From Gammaproteobacteria bacterium (lineage in GTDB: Bacteria; Pseudomonadota; Gammaproteobacteria; Steroidobacterales; GCA-2729495): 64,000 nt of DNA. Under the pieces are notes generated by a model. It made no database searches and was not told where the DNA came from. It was given only the letters and a program-made list of their open reading frames with translations. The position numbers were made by a program, and so were the translations under genes. The stretch covers positions 167 through 64,166 of the forward strand of contig SHZI01000002.1 of the NCBI GenBank assembly GCA_009692345.1, written 5' to 3'. Below, piece by piece: positions 1-9,129 of the stretch; positions within the stretch are counted from its first letter, which is position 1; every line of letters begins with the position of its first letter.

Positions 1-2
1 TG

Positions 3-293
3 GGCGGCGTTCTTGGCGCCCCCCTGCGCCTCGTTATCCTCGACAACTGCCTGCCTGCTGAGCGGGGTTCGGCGCAGGGCCTCCTCAGCAACCTGACCTC
101 TATAGGCCGCCTGTTGGGCGCTACCTTTGTGGGTAGCGTTGCCGCGTCGGCGGGCGGGGGTATCCAGGGCTACCAGGCGGCCTTCATGGGCATCGTGGTA
201 GTGGCAGCGGCAATGCTGGCGCTCGGCTTTGTCCTGGCCCCCCCGGCAGCCACACAGCCGCTACACCCGGACCAGGCGCCAATGAGACCCTAG
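3..293 (+). CDS. MFS-type transporter, C-terminal fragment (gene starts upstream of window)
   Basis: Frame 3 is open from the window edge to TAG 291-293. Translation ...DNCLPAERGSAQGLLSNLTSIGRLLGATFVGSVAASAGG...FMGIVVVAAAMLALGFVL resembles the last TM helices of an MFS permease. GC3 is high. Confidence 0.45.
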   Translation, partial: GGVLGAPLRLVILDNCLPAERGSAQGLLSNLTSIGRLLGATFVGSVAASAGGGIQGYQAAFMGIVVVAAAMLALGFVLAPPAATQPLHPDQAPMRP

Positions 294-310
294 TCGGGCA
301 GGAGTTGCCG

Positions 311-640
311 GTGTCGTTCCGCAGCAGACTACTGGTGACTCTGTTGGTGGTCTTCTCGTCGACGGCCACTTGGGCAGCCCCCCCAAGGCCATTACCGCTT
401 TCGAACTGACGAACCAGGACGGCCAGCCCTTTCGCCTCAGCCCGCTCCGGGGCACACCGGTGCTGGCGTTTTTCGGTTTTGCCCATTGCCCTGACATCTG
501 TCCAATGACGCTGGGGCAACTGCAGGCCGTCGTCAGCTCTCCGGACAGCACGTTGAACCAGGCCCGGGTGGTAATGCTCAGCGTTGATGGCGCCCGGGAC
601 GCGCCCGCCGCCCTCAAGCGCGATCTGGCGCCCGTCAGCC
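311..640 (+). pseudogene. SCO1/SenC-family copper chaperone remnant (frameshifted and 3'-truncated)
   Basis: GTG311 encodes a signal peptide (VSFRSRLLVTLLVVFSSTATWAAPP) and stops at 407-409. The SCO thioredoxin-fold part (FELTNQDGQPF...FGFAHCPDICP...SVDGARD) lies in another frame after the C7 run at 378-384. The similarity ends near 640, where the mfd 3' end begins. Confidence 0.55.
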
Positions 641-3600
641 CCGCCGCTGCCCGACCGCCGTCTCTTTGGGCGCCGCCTCGCGCTGCTCCTGATTCGCCAG
701 CATCTCGCCAATCAGCGACTCGACAAACGCGAACCGCGCCTCCGGTTCTTCCATCTCGGCTGAAAACCGGAATTTCTGCTGCCGGTCGAGGCGGTAGGTC
801 ATCGGGTCACTCCGCACCCGGGTCACGATCCACGCCGGGCTGAGGGTCGTTCGGGGTCCGAACTCGACAAAGCCACCCATCGCGCTGGCATCCAGCCGGC
901 GGATGGACAGGGGCTCCGCCCGCAGGCGCAGCGCCGTCATCCGGAACAGGTTGCGGGTGGCCTCCGGCAGCGGGCCAAAGCGGTCCACCAGCTCCACCTG
1001 CAATTCCCGCAGCGCCTCATTGCTGCGCGCACTGGCAATCCGCTTGTAGTGGACGAGACGCAGGTGCACGTCGTTCAGGTAGTCGTCAGGGAGGAGGGCG
1101 GGGAGATGCAGGTTGATCTCGGTCACCGGCGCCATGGCCGTGTCCAGGTCGGGCTCCAGACCTTCCTGCAACGCCTTGACCGTCCGGGCCAGCATGTCGT
1201 TGTAGAGTTCGAAGCCGATCTCCTGAATCTGGCCGCTCTGGTCCTCGCCCAGCAGTTCGCCCGCGCCCCGAATCTCCATGTCGTGGGTCGCCAGCATGAA
1301 CCCGGAGCCCAGGTCTTCCAGGGCGGCGATGGCATCCAGCCGCTTGATGGCGTCGGCCGTCAGCGCCTCGCGCGGTGGTGCCAGCAGGTACGCAAACGCC
1401 TGGTGGTGTGACCGGCCAACCCGGCCGCGCAGCTGGTGCAGCTGGGCGAGGCCGAAACGATCCGCCCGATTGATGATGATCGTGTTCGCGGACGGGATGT
1501 CGAGGCCGCTCTCGATGATGGCCGTGCACACCAGGATATGGAAGCGCCGGTGGTGGAAGTCGAGCATGATCTGCTCCAGATCCCGTTCCCGCATCTGCCC
1601 GTGGGCCACTTCCATGTGCGCCTCTGGCACCAGCTCGGCGAGCTGGGCCGCGATCTTCTCGATGTCCTCGATATGGTTGTGGACGAAGTAGATCTGACCG
1701 CCCCGCTTCAGTTCCCGGAGGCAGGCTTCCCGCACCACCCGGTCTTCAAACCGGGTGACGAAGGTTTTGATGCTCAGCCGGGTTTCCGGCGGCGTGGCAA
1801 TCAGTGACAGGTCCCGCAGGCGCCCGAGGGCCATGTTCAGCGTGCGGGGAATCGGCGTGGCCGTCAGCGTCAGCACATCGGCCTCGATCCGGAGTGCCTT
1901 CAGCCGTTCCTTGTCCCGGACGCCGAAGCGGTGCTCTTCGTCGACGATGATCAGTCCCAGGTTCTTGAAGCGCATGTCGCCCTGGAGCAGCCGGTGCGTG
2001 CCGATGACGATATCCACGCTGCCGGCTGCAGCGCCTGCCATGACCTTGCGGCTTTCCTGGGCCGAGCGGAAGCGGGACAGCACCTCCACCGTGACCGGCC
2101 AGTCGGCGAAGCGGTCCGCAAAGGTCTGGTAGTGCTGCTGGGCCAGCAGGGTGGTCGGCACCAGGACCGCCACCTGCCGTCCCGAAGACACCGCCATGAA
2201 GGCCGCGCGCAGCGCCACTTCGGTCTTGCCGAAGCCCACGTCGCCGCAGACGAGCCGGTCCATCGGTTTGCCGTTGGTGAGATCACTCACCACGGCCTCG
2301 ATAGCGCGGGCCTGATCCTCGGTGGGCTCGAAGGGAAAGCCCGCGGCGAAGGCGGCGTAATCGTGCTGGGTCGCTGCTGGCCTAACGGTCTGCCGGGCGG
2401 CCCGCTTGGCATAGAGTTCCAGCAACTCCGCCGCAACATCCCGGATGCGGGCGGCGGCCTTGCGGCGGGCCTTGTCCCACTGATCCCCGCCCAGCCGGTG
2501 CAGGGGCGCTTCTTCGGCGGACGTCCCGGTGTAGCGGGACACCATGTGCAGCGAAGCAACGGGCACGTGGAGCAGGTCGCCCCCGGCGTATTCCAGAGTG
2601 AGGAATTCCGTCGCCAGGCTATCGATGGTGAGGGTCGTCAAACCCCGGTAGCGGCCCACACCGTGGTTCACATGCACGATGGGGTCGCCCCGGTGCAGGT
2701 CGGTCAGGTCACTGAGGATCTGTTCCGGGTCCCGGACGCGACGTTGACGGCGCCGGCTGCGGGGTCGCTCGCCGTAGAGCTCCCGCTCCGTGATGAGCGC
2801 AATGTTGGCGTCCCGGAGCAGCAGCCCCTGACTCAGCGGGGCAATACCCACCATGGCTGGGCGTGCGGAACTGAGGAAGTCCTGCCAGCTGGCAGCCTCG
2901 CCGGAGGGCACGGCTTCCTGGCGCAGAAGGTCGGCGAGCATCTCCCGGCGACCGGCCGACTCGGCCGCGAACAGAATCCGGCCCGTGAAGCTGCGGACGA
3001 AAGCCCGCAACCGGTGTGTGGGCTCCTCGGCGTGTGGCTCCAGCAGCAATTGCGGTAGCGGGGCAAGGCCCGCCGTGGCGGCACGTTGCTCGCTGACCGT
3101 GGGGTCCGGTGTGCCGGGATCGAGGACCAGCAGCGGGGCGCCAGCCAGGCGGCTGAGATGCTCCTCCGGCGTGCCGTTGAGTTCGCCAGGGTCCAGTGCC
3201 GGACGTTCCGAATCCTCCCGGGAGTCCTGGAACCGCTCGTTGATCTGCTGCCAGGTGGGTGCCAGGAGTCCTTCAGGCTCGCCCAGTGTGATTGTGAGGC
3301 GGTCTTTGGGCAGGTAGTCCCAGAGCAACGCCGTGCCTTCAAAAAAGAGTGGCAGGTAGTTTTCCACGCCCCCCGGCATGCGGCCCTCGGACACTTCCCG
3401 GTAAATGATGGACCGGGCGGGATTGCCCTCGAAGCGCCGGCGGTACGCCTGGCGAAACTGCTTGATGGCGACCGCGTCCACCGGCATTTCCCGCGCCGGC
3501 AGGGTTTCCAGTGATTGCAGCACCGCGCCTGACAGTTGGGTGTCCGGATCAAACTGCCGCAGGGTGTCGATCTCGTCATCGAGGAAGTCCACCCGCACAG

Positions 3601-4168
3601 GCAGGCCGGAGCCCATGGGGTAAAAGTCGAGGAGCGAACCACGCACCGCGAAATCCCCGTGCTCCAGCACCTGGGAAACCCGCTGATAGCCGGCGGCTTC
3701 GAGCTGCAGGCGCAATTGCTCGGGCCGCAACTTCTGGCCGGTGGCCAGTGACACGCTGTAGCCGCCGATGTACTTCACCGGTGGCACCCGGGGCAGCAGC
3801 GTGGAAGCCGCCACGATCAGGGTGTCGATCAGCCCGGATGCCACATCCCTCAGGATCGTGAGGCGGCGCGAGATCAGGTCCTGGTGGGGGCTGAAGGTGT
3901 CGTAGGGCAGGACTTCCGTGTCGGGAAACAGCGCGATGCGCGCCGCCCCGCTGGCAAAAAAGCGCAGCTCCGCTTCGAGGGCTTCCGCCCGTGCGACCGT
4001 GGGCACGATGATTAGCCAGAAGGCTGTGCTGGATGGGCGCAGCGTGGCCAGACCCAGGGCCTGGCCGCAGTCGGCCAGGCCCGCCCAGTCGCGGCGGCCG
4101 CCGGGGGCGGTGGGCAGCGGCAGGGGCAGGGGCAGCAGTGTTGGGGAAAGAGACGTGGTGCCGGTCAT
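635..4168 (-). CDS. mfd: transcription-repair coupling factor Mfd
   Basis: 1177 aa with a UvrB-homology N-terminus, the helicase motifs GDVGFGKTEVALRAAF and DEEHRFGV, and a TRG/C-terminal domain. Confidence 0.97.
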   Translation of the reverse strand: MTGTTSLSPTLLPLPLPLPTAPGGRRDWAGLADCGQALGLATLRPSSTAFWLIIVPTVARAEALEAELRFFASGAARIALFPDTEVLPYDTFSPHQDLISRRLTILRDVASGLIDTLIVAASTLLPRVPPVKYIGGYSVSLATGQKLRPEQLRLQLEAAGYQRVSQVLEHGDFAVRGSLLDFYPMGSGLPVRVDFLDDEIDTLRQFDPDTQLSGAVLQSLETLPAREMPVDAVAIKQFRQAYRRRFEGNPARSIIYREVSEGRMPGGVENYLPLFFEGTALLWDYLPKDRLTITLGEPEGLLAPTWQQINERFQDSREDSERPALDPGELNGTPEEHLSRLAGAPLLVLDPGTPDPTVSEQRAATAGLAPLPQLLLEPHAEEPTHRLRAFVRSFTGRILFAAESAGRREMLADLLRQEAVPSGEAASWQDFLSSARPAMVGIAPLSQGLLLRDANIALITERELYGERPRSRRRQRRVRDPEQILSDLTDLHRGDPIVHVNHGVGRYRGLTTLTIDSLATEFLTLEYAGGDLLHVPVASLHMVSRYTGTSAEEAPLHRLGGDQWDKARRKAAARIRDVAAELLELYAKRAARQTVRPAATQHDYAAFAAGFPFEPTEDQARAIEAVVSDLTNGKPMDRLVCGDVGFGKTEVALRAAFMAVSSGRQVAVLVPTTLLAQQHYQTFADRFADWPVTVEVLSRFRSAQESRKVMAGAAAGSVDIVIGTHRLLQGDMRFKNLGLIIVDEEHRFGVRDKERLKALRIEADVLTLTATPIPRTLNMALGRLRDLSLIATPPETRLSIKTFVTRFEDRVVREACLRELKRGGQIYFVHNHIEDIEKIAAQLAELVPEAHMEVAHGQMRERDLEQIMLDFHHRRFHILVCTAIIESGLDIPSANTIIINRADRFGLAQLHQLRGRVGRSHHQAFAYLLAPPREALTADAIKRLDAIAALEDLGSGFMLATHDMEIRGAGELLGEDQSGQIQEIGFELYNDMLARTVKALQEGLEPDLDTAMAPVTEINLHLPALLPDDYLNDVHLRLVHYKRIASARSNEALRELQVELVDRFGPLPEATRNLFRMTALRLRAEPLSIRRLDASAMGGFVEFGPRTTLSPAWIVTRVRSDPMTYRLDRQQKFRFSAEMEEPEARFAFVESLIGEMLANQEQREAAPKETAVGQRRG

Positions 4169-4224
4169 AAGAACCCGCTCTTCGGCGGGCGGGCATTATC
4201 CCACTGATGGCCCGTGAGCGGGGC

Positions 4225-4518
4225 CTAGCGACGAACCGAATGCAGAACGTGGTCGTACTCGAAGTAAACGCTAAAGCCGGTGTAGTCCCAGCGCGTGATC
4301 GGTGGCTGGCCGACAGCACCCGAGCGCGAGGCAGGTGGGCCAAAGCGCGCTTCGACACTGGCCATGCTGCTGCCGCGTTTCGGCCGCTCTGCACTCGTGG
4401 GCTGGGCTGCGTCGACGCCCTCGATCAGCAACGTGTCCGCCAGGGCAGTGGGGTAAGGGCTGAACAGGCTCCCGGCGATTGCCAGGACAATGACGAGGGC
4501 TCGTGTGTTTGCAGCCAT
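4225..4518 (-). CDS. small exported protein, unknown function
   Basis: 97 aa with a Sec signal (MAANTRALVIVLAIAGSLFSPYPTALA/DT). GC3 is high. A weak hairpin follows at 4175-4192. Confidence 0.6.
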   Translation of the reverse strand: MAANTRALVIVLAIAGSLFSPYPTALADTLLIEGVDAAQPTSAERPKRGSSMASVEARFGPPASRSGAVGQPPITRWDYTGFSVYFEYDHVLHSVRR

Positions 4519-4588
4519 GCTAACCTCTCCTTACGCTTGCACTGCCGAATATAGCACTCGGTCTTCTCTTAGATAAACGATCTATCCC

Positions 4589-5344
4589 ATGGACGTGGCT
4601 GGAGAAATGAGCTACCCGCCTGGTCCTCCCGGGATCCGCTTTCCCACTGCTCTGCAGGTGGGCCGGCTGGTGCGCCGCTATCAACGCTTCCTGGCCGACG
4701 TGGAACTGCCGGACGGGAGCACGGTGACCGCCCACTGCCCCAATACCGGGGCGATGCTGGGTTGCCAGACCCCGGACTCCCGAGTGTGGCTGAGCCCGGC
4801 AGCCCGGCCTGGCAGGCGCTGCCCGTTTACCTGGGAGCTGGTGGAGGTCGAGTCGGGAACCCTGGTGGGGGTGCACACTGGCCGGACCAACCAGCTGGTC
4901 GCTGCTGCCCTGCGTGCAGGCCTGGTCGCTGAACTGTCTGGCTATACGTCATTCCAGGCGGAGGTCACCGTGCCCGCAGCAGGGGTCCGGTTCGACTTTC
5001 TCCTCCGGGGACCTGAATTGGTGGACTATTACCTTGAAGTCAAGAATGTGACCGCGGCGGTCACCGACCGGCGCGCGATCTTTCCCGATGCGGTGAGCAC
5101 ACGGGCGGCCCGCCATGCCCGGGAGCTGGCTGTCCTGCGGCGGGCAGGTGCCCGTGCCGGCGTGCTCTTTTGCGCTCAGCGTGCCGATGTCGATGTCGTG
5201 GCGCCTGCCGACGACGTGGATCCTGACTATGGCCGGGCGCTGCGCGCCGCTGTTGCTGACGGCGTAGAGGTCCTGGCCGTCGGTGCGGCGGTGACTCCGG
5301 CTGGCATCTGGATCGACCGCCGGATTGCAGTGGATCTCTGCTGA
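4589..5344 (+). CDS. sfsA: sugar fermentation stimulation protein SfsA
   Basis: 251 aa; the N-terminus LVRRYQRFLADVELPDGSTVTAHCPNTGAMLGC is typical of SfsA. Confidence 0.9.
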   Translation: MDVAGEMSYPPGPPGIRFPTALQVGRLVRRYQRFLADVELPDGSTVTAHCPNTGAMLGCQTPDSRVWLSPAARPGRRCPFTWELVEVESGTLVGVHTGRTNQLVAAALRAGLVAELSGYTSFQAEVTVPAAGVRFDFLLRGPELVDYYLEVKNVTAAVTDRRAIFPDAVSTRAARHARELAVLRRAGARAGVLFCAQRADVDVVAPADDVDPDYGRALRAAVADGVEVLAVGAAVTPAGIWIDRRIAVDLC

Positions 5345-6597
5345 TGATGCGACCCGCCACGGTCTGGATTGCCCTGCGTTACCTGGGCGCCCAACGGACG
5401 AACCAGTTCGCCTCCCTGGTGGCCCTGGCCTCTGTGATCGGCGTGGCCCTCGGCGTGGCGGCTCTGATTGTCGTCCTCTCAGTCATGAACGGTTTTGAGA
5501 ACGAGCTGCGGTCCAGACTCGTGGCGATCACCGGGCATGCCGCGGTACTGACGGGAAACCGGCAGCCGGCCTGGCGTGACCTGCTGGCCGATGTGCAGGG
5601 GTTCCCGGGCGTGGAATCGGCAGCGCCCTATATAGAACTGGAAGCCATGGTGGCGGTTGGTGGTGAGCTGGCCGGCGCCATCATTGAAGGCGTTGATCCG
5701 ACGCGCAAGGCGCCCATAGCCGGCCTTGAGGGAGCGCTGACCGGGGGTTCCCTGGGCGACCTCGCACCCGGTTCCTGGCGGGCCCTGCTGGGGCGCGCCC
5801 TTGCCGTCCGCCTGGGCGTGGGCACCGGCGATACCGTGCGGGTGCTGGTCCCTGCCCGGGATGCCCGGGGCCGCGTCACACCCCGCCTCCGGGAACTGAC
5901 CATTGCGGGAATCTTTGAGGTGGGTGTCCGGGACCACGATGCGGTGCGGGTGCTTGTGAATCTGTCCGACGCGGCAGTGCTGGCTGGCCTCAGCGCTAAC
6001 GTCACGGGTATTCGTCTTCAGACCACCGACATTTTTTCGGCACCGCAGATCCTGCAGCGCTGGCTCGCGCACTGGACAGCAGGTGGGCGGAGTGCGCCCG
6101 ACACCACCGACTGGACGCGAGATAACGCCACCTACTTCCGGGCGGTGCGCATTGAGAAGACCATGATGACCCTGCTCCTTTCCCTGATCGTGGCAGTGGC
6201 GGCCTTCAACATTGTGGCCACGCTGGTGATGGTCGTCACAGACAAGCGCCCGGGGATCGCCATCCTGCGCACCCTCGGCTTCTCAGGGCGCGCGGTGGTG
6301 GCGATGTTTGCCCTGCAGGGCATCCTGATCGGCTGGGCAGGTGTGCTGATGGGCATTGGCGGCGGGGTCCTGCTGGCAACCAACATCGGGACAGTGGCCC
6401 CGGCGCTGGAGCGGCTCTTCGGTTTTCAGTTCATGCCAGCTGATATTTACTACCTGACTTCACTGCCTGCAGACCTGAAGGGCGGGGATCTTTTCTGGGT
6501 CAGCTTCATCGCCCTCGCGCTGACAGCGTGTGCAACGATTTATCCCGCGCTGCGTGCGGCGGCCGTGGCCCCAGCTGAAGTTCTGCGGTACGAATAG
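5344..6597 (+). CDS. lipoprotein-releasing system permease LolC/LolE family
   Basis: 417 aa FtsX-like permease; N-terminus IALRYLGAQRTNQFASLVALASVIGVALGVAALIVVLSVMNGFENELRSRL. Confidence 0.9.
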   Translation: MMRPATVWIALRYLGAQRTNQFASLVALASVIGVALGVAALIVVLSVMNGFENELRSRLVAITGHAAVLTGNRQPAWRDLLADVQGFPGVESAAPYIELEAMVAVGGELAGAIIEGVDPTRKAPIAGLEGALTGGSLGDLAPGSWRALLGRALAVRLGVGTGDTVRVLVPARDARGRVTPRLRELTIAGIFEVGVRDHDAVRVLVNLSDAAVLAGLSANVTGIRLQTTDIFSAPQILQRWLAHWTAGGRSAPDTTDWTRDNATYFRAVRIEKTMMTLLLSLIVAVAAFNIVATLVMVVTDKRPGIAILRTLGFSGRAVVAMFALQGILIGWAGVLMGIGGGVLLATNIGTVAPALERLFGFQFMPADIYYLTSLPADLKGGDLFWVSFIALALTACATIYPALRAAAVAPAEVLRYE

Positions 6598-6610
6598 GAA
6601 CGTTGCGAGT

Positions 6611-7858
6611 ATGTTGCACCCCTACGAGCTGGCCATCGCACTCCGTTACGTCCGGTCGCAGAACAAGAACCAGTTCATCTCCTTTATCTCAGTCATCTCG
6701 ATGGCCGGCATTGCGCTTGCCGTTGCGATCCTGATTATCGTCCTGTCGGTGATGAACGGTTTCGAAGCGGAGGTCCGTAACCGGATTCTGCAGGTGGTTG
6801 CCCACGCGTCAATCACCGGCCTCGACGGCCGGATCAGCGACTGGGAGTCGCTGGCCGCCGTGGCTGGCCAGGATCCCGAGGTAAAAGCCGTTGCCCGGTT
6901 CGTCGATGGCCAGGCCATGCTTCTGGGCCCTGTTGAGATCCGTGGTGTCCAGCTGCGGGGCGTCGATCCGGCGGCCGAGCTCAAGACCTCCGCGCTCGGC
7001 GGCCTGATGGTCGCTGGCACCCTGGACGGGCTGAAGCCTGGCGGCTTCGGGATCGTCCTGGGCAAGACTCTGGCGGAGCAACTCGACGTGCAGGTCGGAG
7101 ATGCCGTGATCATGCTGGTCTCCCAGGGCATTACCACTCCTGCCGGGGTTGTGCCCCGCATGCGACGCTTCCGGGTGACCGGCATCTTCTATGCGGGCAT
7201 GTACGAATTCGACCGGGCGCTGGCCTTTATCAACATCAGTGATGCCCAGCGGCTGCTGCGTTTTGGTGAGGATGTTTCCGGCGTGCGCCTCGCTATCCGC
7301 GATCCCCTGCAGTCGGCGACGGTGGTCCGTGCCGTGGCCAACGCCTGGGGTGGCGGGGTCTACGTTACTGACTGGACCCGGGAGCATGGCAACTTCTTCC
7401 GCTCAATCCAGCTGACGCGGTCCATTGTGTTTGTAATCCTGCTGCTCGTAGTCGGCGTTGCCGCCTTCAATATTGTGTCCACACTGGTGATGGTGGTCCG
7501 GGACAAGCGGGGCGAGATCGCCATTCTCCGGACACTCGGCGCAGCGCCCGCTGCTATCCTCACCATCTTCGTCCTACAGGGGGCGGTGGTTGGCGTTGTG
7601 GGGACAGTCGTGGGCGTCGTGTGTGGGGTCCTGGGTGCCTGGAACGTGAGTGCGATCGCCGCGTTCATCGAGCGGCTTTCGGGCTTGCAGTTCCTGGCGC
7701 CCGATGTCTATTTCATCAGCGAGTTGCCGAGCCGCCTGCTCTGGGCAGATGTCTGGCAGATTGCGGGCATTGCCCTGCTACTGGGCCTGGTTTCGACGAT
7801 CTATCCAGCCTGGCGGGGCGCTGTCACAGCACCGGCGGAGGTGTTGCGTTATGCATGA
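6611..7858 (+). CDS. lipoprotein-releasing system permease LolC/LolE family (second paralogue)
   Basis: I place the start at ATG 6611 (MLHPYELAIALRYVRSQNKNQF...) rather than the ORF-track start 6530, which overlaps the upstream gene. It has the same architecture as the previous gene. Confidence 0.9.
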   Translation: MLHPYELAIALRYVRSQNKNQFISFISVISMAGIALAVAILIIVLSVMNGFEAEVRNRILQVVAHASITGLDGRISDWESLAAVAGQDPEVKAVARFVDGQAMLLGPVEIRGVQLRGVDPAAELKTSALGGLMVAGTLDGLKPGGFGIVLGKTLAEQLDVQVGDAVIMLVSQGITTPAGVVPRMRRFRVTGIFYAGMYEFDRALAFINISDAQRLLRFGEDVSGVRLAIRDPLQSATVVRAVANAWGGGVYVTDWTREHGNFFRSIQLTRSIVFVILLLVVGVAAFNIVSTLVMVVRDKRGEIAILRTLGAAPAAILTIFVLQGAVVGVVGTVVGVVCGVLGAWNVSAIAAFIERLSGLQFLAPDVYFISELPSRLLWADVWQIAGIALLLGLVSTIYPAWRGAVTAPAEVLRYA

Positions 7859-8588
7859 AGTGCCGGCGATAGAATGTCGCGGTCTCTGCAAGTCATTTGC
7901 CGAAGGCGCCGCACCCCTGGAGGTTCTCAAGGGTATCAATCTCATCGTTGCCCGCGGGGAGCGGGTGGCGATCGTGGGTCCGTCCGGGGCGGGCAAGACC
8001 ACTCTGCTGCAGCTCCTCGGCGGGCTCGACACGGCCACGTCCGGCCAGGTGCTGATCTGCGGCCAGGACATGGCGGCGACCGGGGATGCGGAGCGCGGCC
8101 GCATCCGTAACCAGCATCTGGGTTTTGTCTACCAGTTTCATCACCTGTTGCCGGAGTTCACGGCCCTCGAAAATGTGGCTATGCCCCTGCTGGTGCGGAG
8201 GGAGTCACTCGACGCCGTCCGGGCCCGGGCCCGTCAGGTTCTGGAGCGCGTGGGTCTCGCTGATCGGCTGGAGCACAGGCCGGGCGAGCTGTCAGGTGGG
8301 GAGCGTCAGCGGGTTGCGGTGGCGCGGGCCCTCGTGACGGAGCCTGCTGTCGTTCTGGCTGACGAACCCACGGGCAATCTCGACCGCAAAACGGGCGACA
8401 ACGTGCTGGAACTGCTGCTGACGCTGAATCGGGAAGTGGGCGCCAGCCTCGTGATCGTCACTCACGACCCCCGTATCGCCAGCCGGATGAACCGGGTGCT
8501 GCGCCTGACCGACGGCGGCCTCGAAGATGCTACGGCTGACTACCGCGGCGACGCGCTTCCCGGTGTCGCAAGCGCCGCTGCGTCATAA
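7851..8588 (+). CDS. lolD: lipoprotein-releasing system ATP-binding protein LolD
   Basis: ATG 7851 ([16 protein letters not shown]). Contains Walker [10 protein letters not shown], signature [15 protein letters not shown] and Walker [12 protein letters not shown]. Confidence 0.93.
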   Translation: MHEVPAIECRGLCKSFAEGAAPLEVLKGINLIVARGERVAIVGPSGAGKTTLLQLLGGLDTATSGQVLICGQDMAATGDAERGRIRNQHLGFVYQFHHLLPEFTALENVAMPLLVRRESLDAVRARARQVLERVGLADRLEHRPGELSGGERQRVAVARALVTEPAVVLADEPTGNLDRKTGDNVLELLLTLNREVGASLVIVTHDPRIASRMNRVLRLTDGGLEDATADYRGDALPGVASAAAS

Positions 8589-9063
8589 GTCGCCAGGCGG
8601 TATTGCTTAGCAGGTAGGCCGCACCGGCCAGCATCAGTCCCGTCACGACGGCGCCCAGCCACAGCGGACGCCACGTCTCAGCCAGCGCCAGCGCCAGTTC
8701 TATCCAGGGCTGGCCCAGGTGGAGATCCGAGGGGGGGAGCTGCATCAGGAAGCTGCCCAGCATGTACTCACCATAAATTATCGGGCCGTAGGTGAGCGGA
8801 TTCGCGATCCAGGTGCTGACCACGGCGACGGGCAGGTTCACCCGGAGCAGCAGCGCGGCCAGCACCACCACCGGCGTGTGGCCCAGAAAGGGCAGGACAC
8901 CCACAAAGAGCCCGAGCACGAGGCCACCAGTAACGCTGCGCCGGTTGATCGAGAAATAGACGGGGTGGGCCAGCAAGGCCCGAAAGGGCCGGAGATACCA
9001 CGCCGCACCCTCCTGATTCCCGCGATATGGGGCAGATAGTCGCCTGAAGAATTTGCGGGGCAT
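8530..9063 (-). CDS. DUF2062 family membrane protein
   Basis: 177 aa; FFRRL...LLAHPVYFSINRRSVTGGLVLGLFVGVLPFLGHT matches the DUF2062 pattern. It sits in the same lolE-to-comEC position as in Pseudomonas. Confidence 0.75.
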   Translation of the reverse strand: MPRKFFRRLSAPYRGNQEGAAWYLRPFRALLAHPVYFSINRRSVTGGLVLGLFVGVLPFLGHTPVVVLAALLLRVNLPVAVVSTWIANPLTYGPIIYGEYMLGSFLMQLPPSDLHLGQPWIELALALAETWRPLWLGAVVTGLMLAGAAYLLSNTAWRLMTQRRLRHREARRRGSQP

Positions 9064-9129
9064 CCGGTACCTTTAAACCCAGTAGCGTCTTTAACCCCCC
9101 ATTATCCAGAGTCTGGACCTGAATTTGCC

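Noticed and set aside
370-843. 157-aa ORF as an intact SCO protein
   Set aside because: Only the first 90 or so residues look SCO-like. The rest is the antisense of the mfd C-terminus, and the signal peptide is in another frame. I treated it as a pseudogene remnant instead.
1931-3058. 375-aa plus-strand ORF (and several others at 1049-4394) inside mfd
   Set aside because: They are antisense or out-of-frame shadows of mfd with low-complexity Arg/Gly/His-rich translations.
8530-8588. 59-nt convergent overlap of the lolD and DUF2062 3' ends
   Set aside because: Both C-terminal tails are low-complexity and the overlap follows simply from late stop codons in GC-rich DNA. It is noted but not considered functionally informative.
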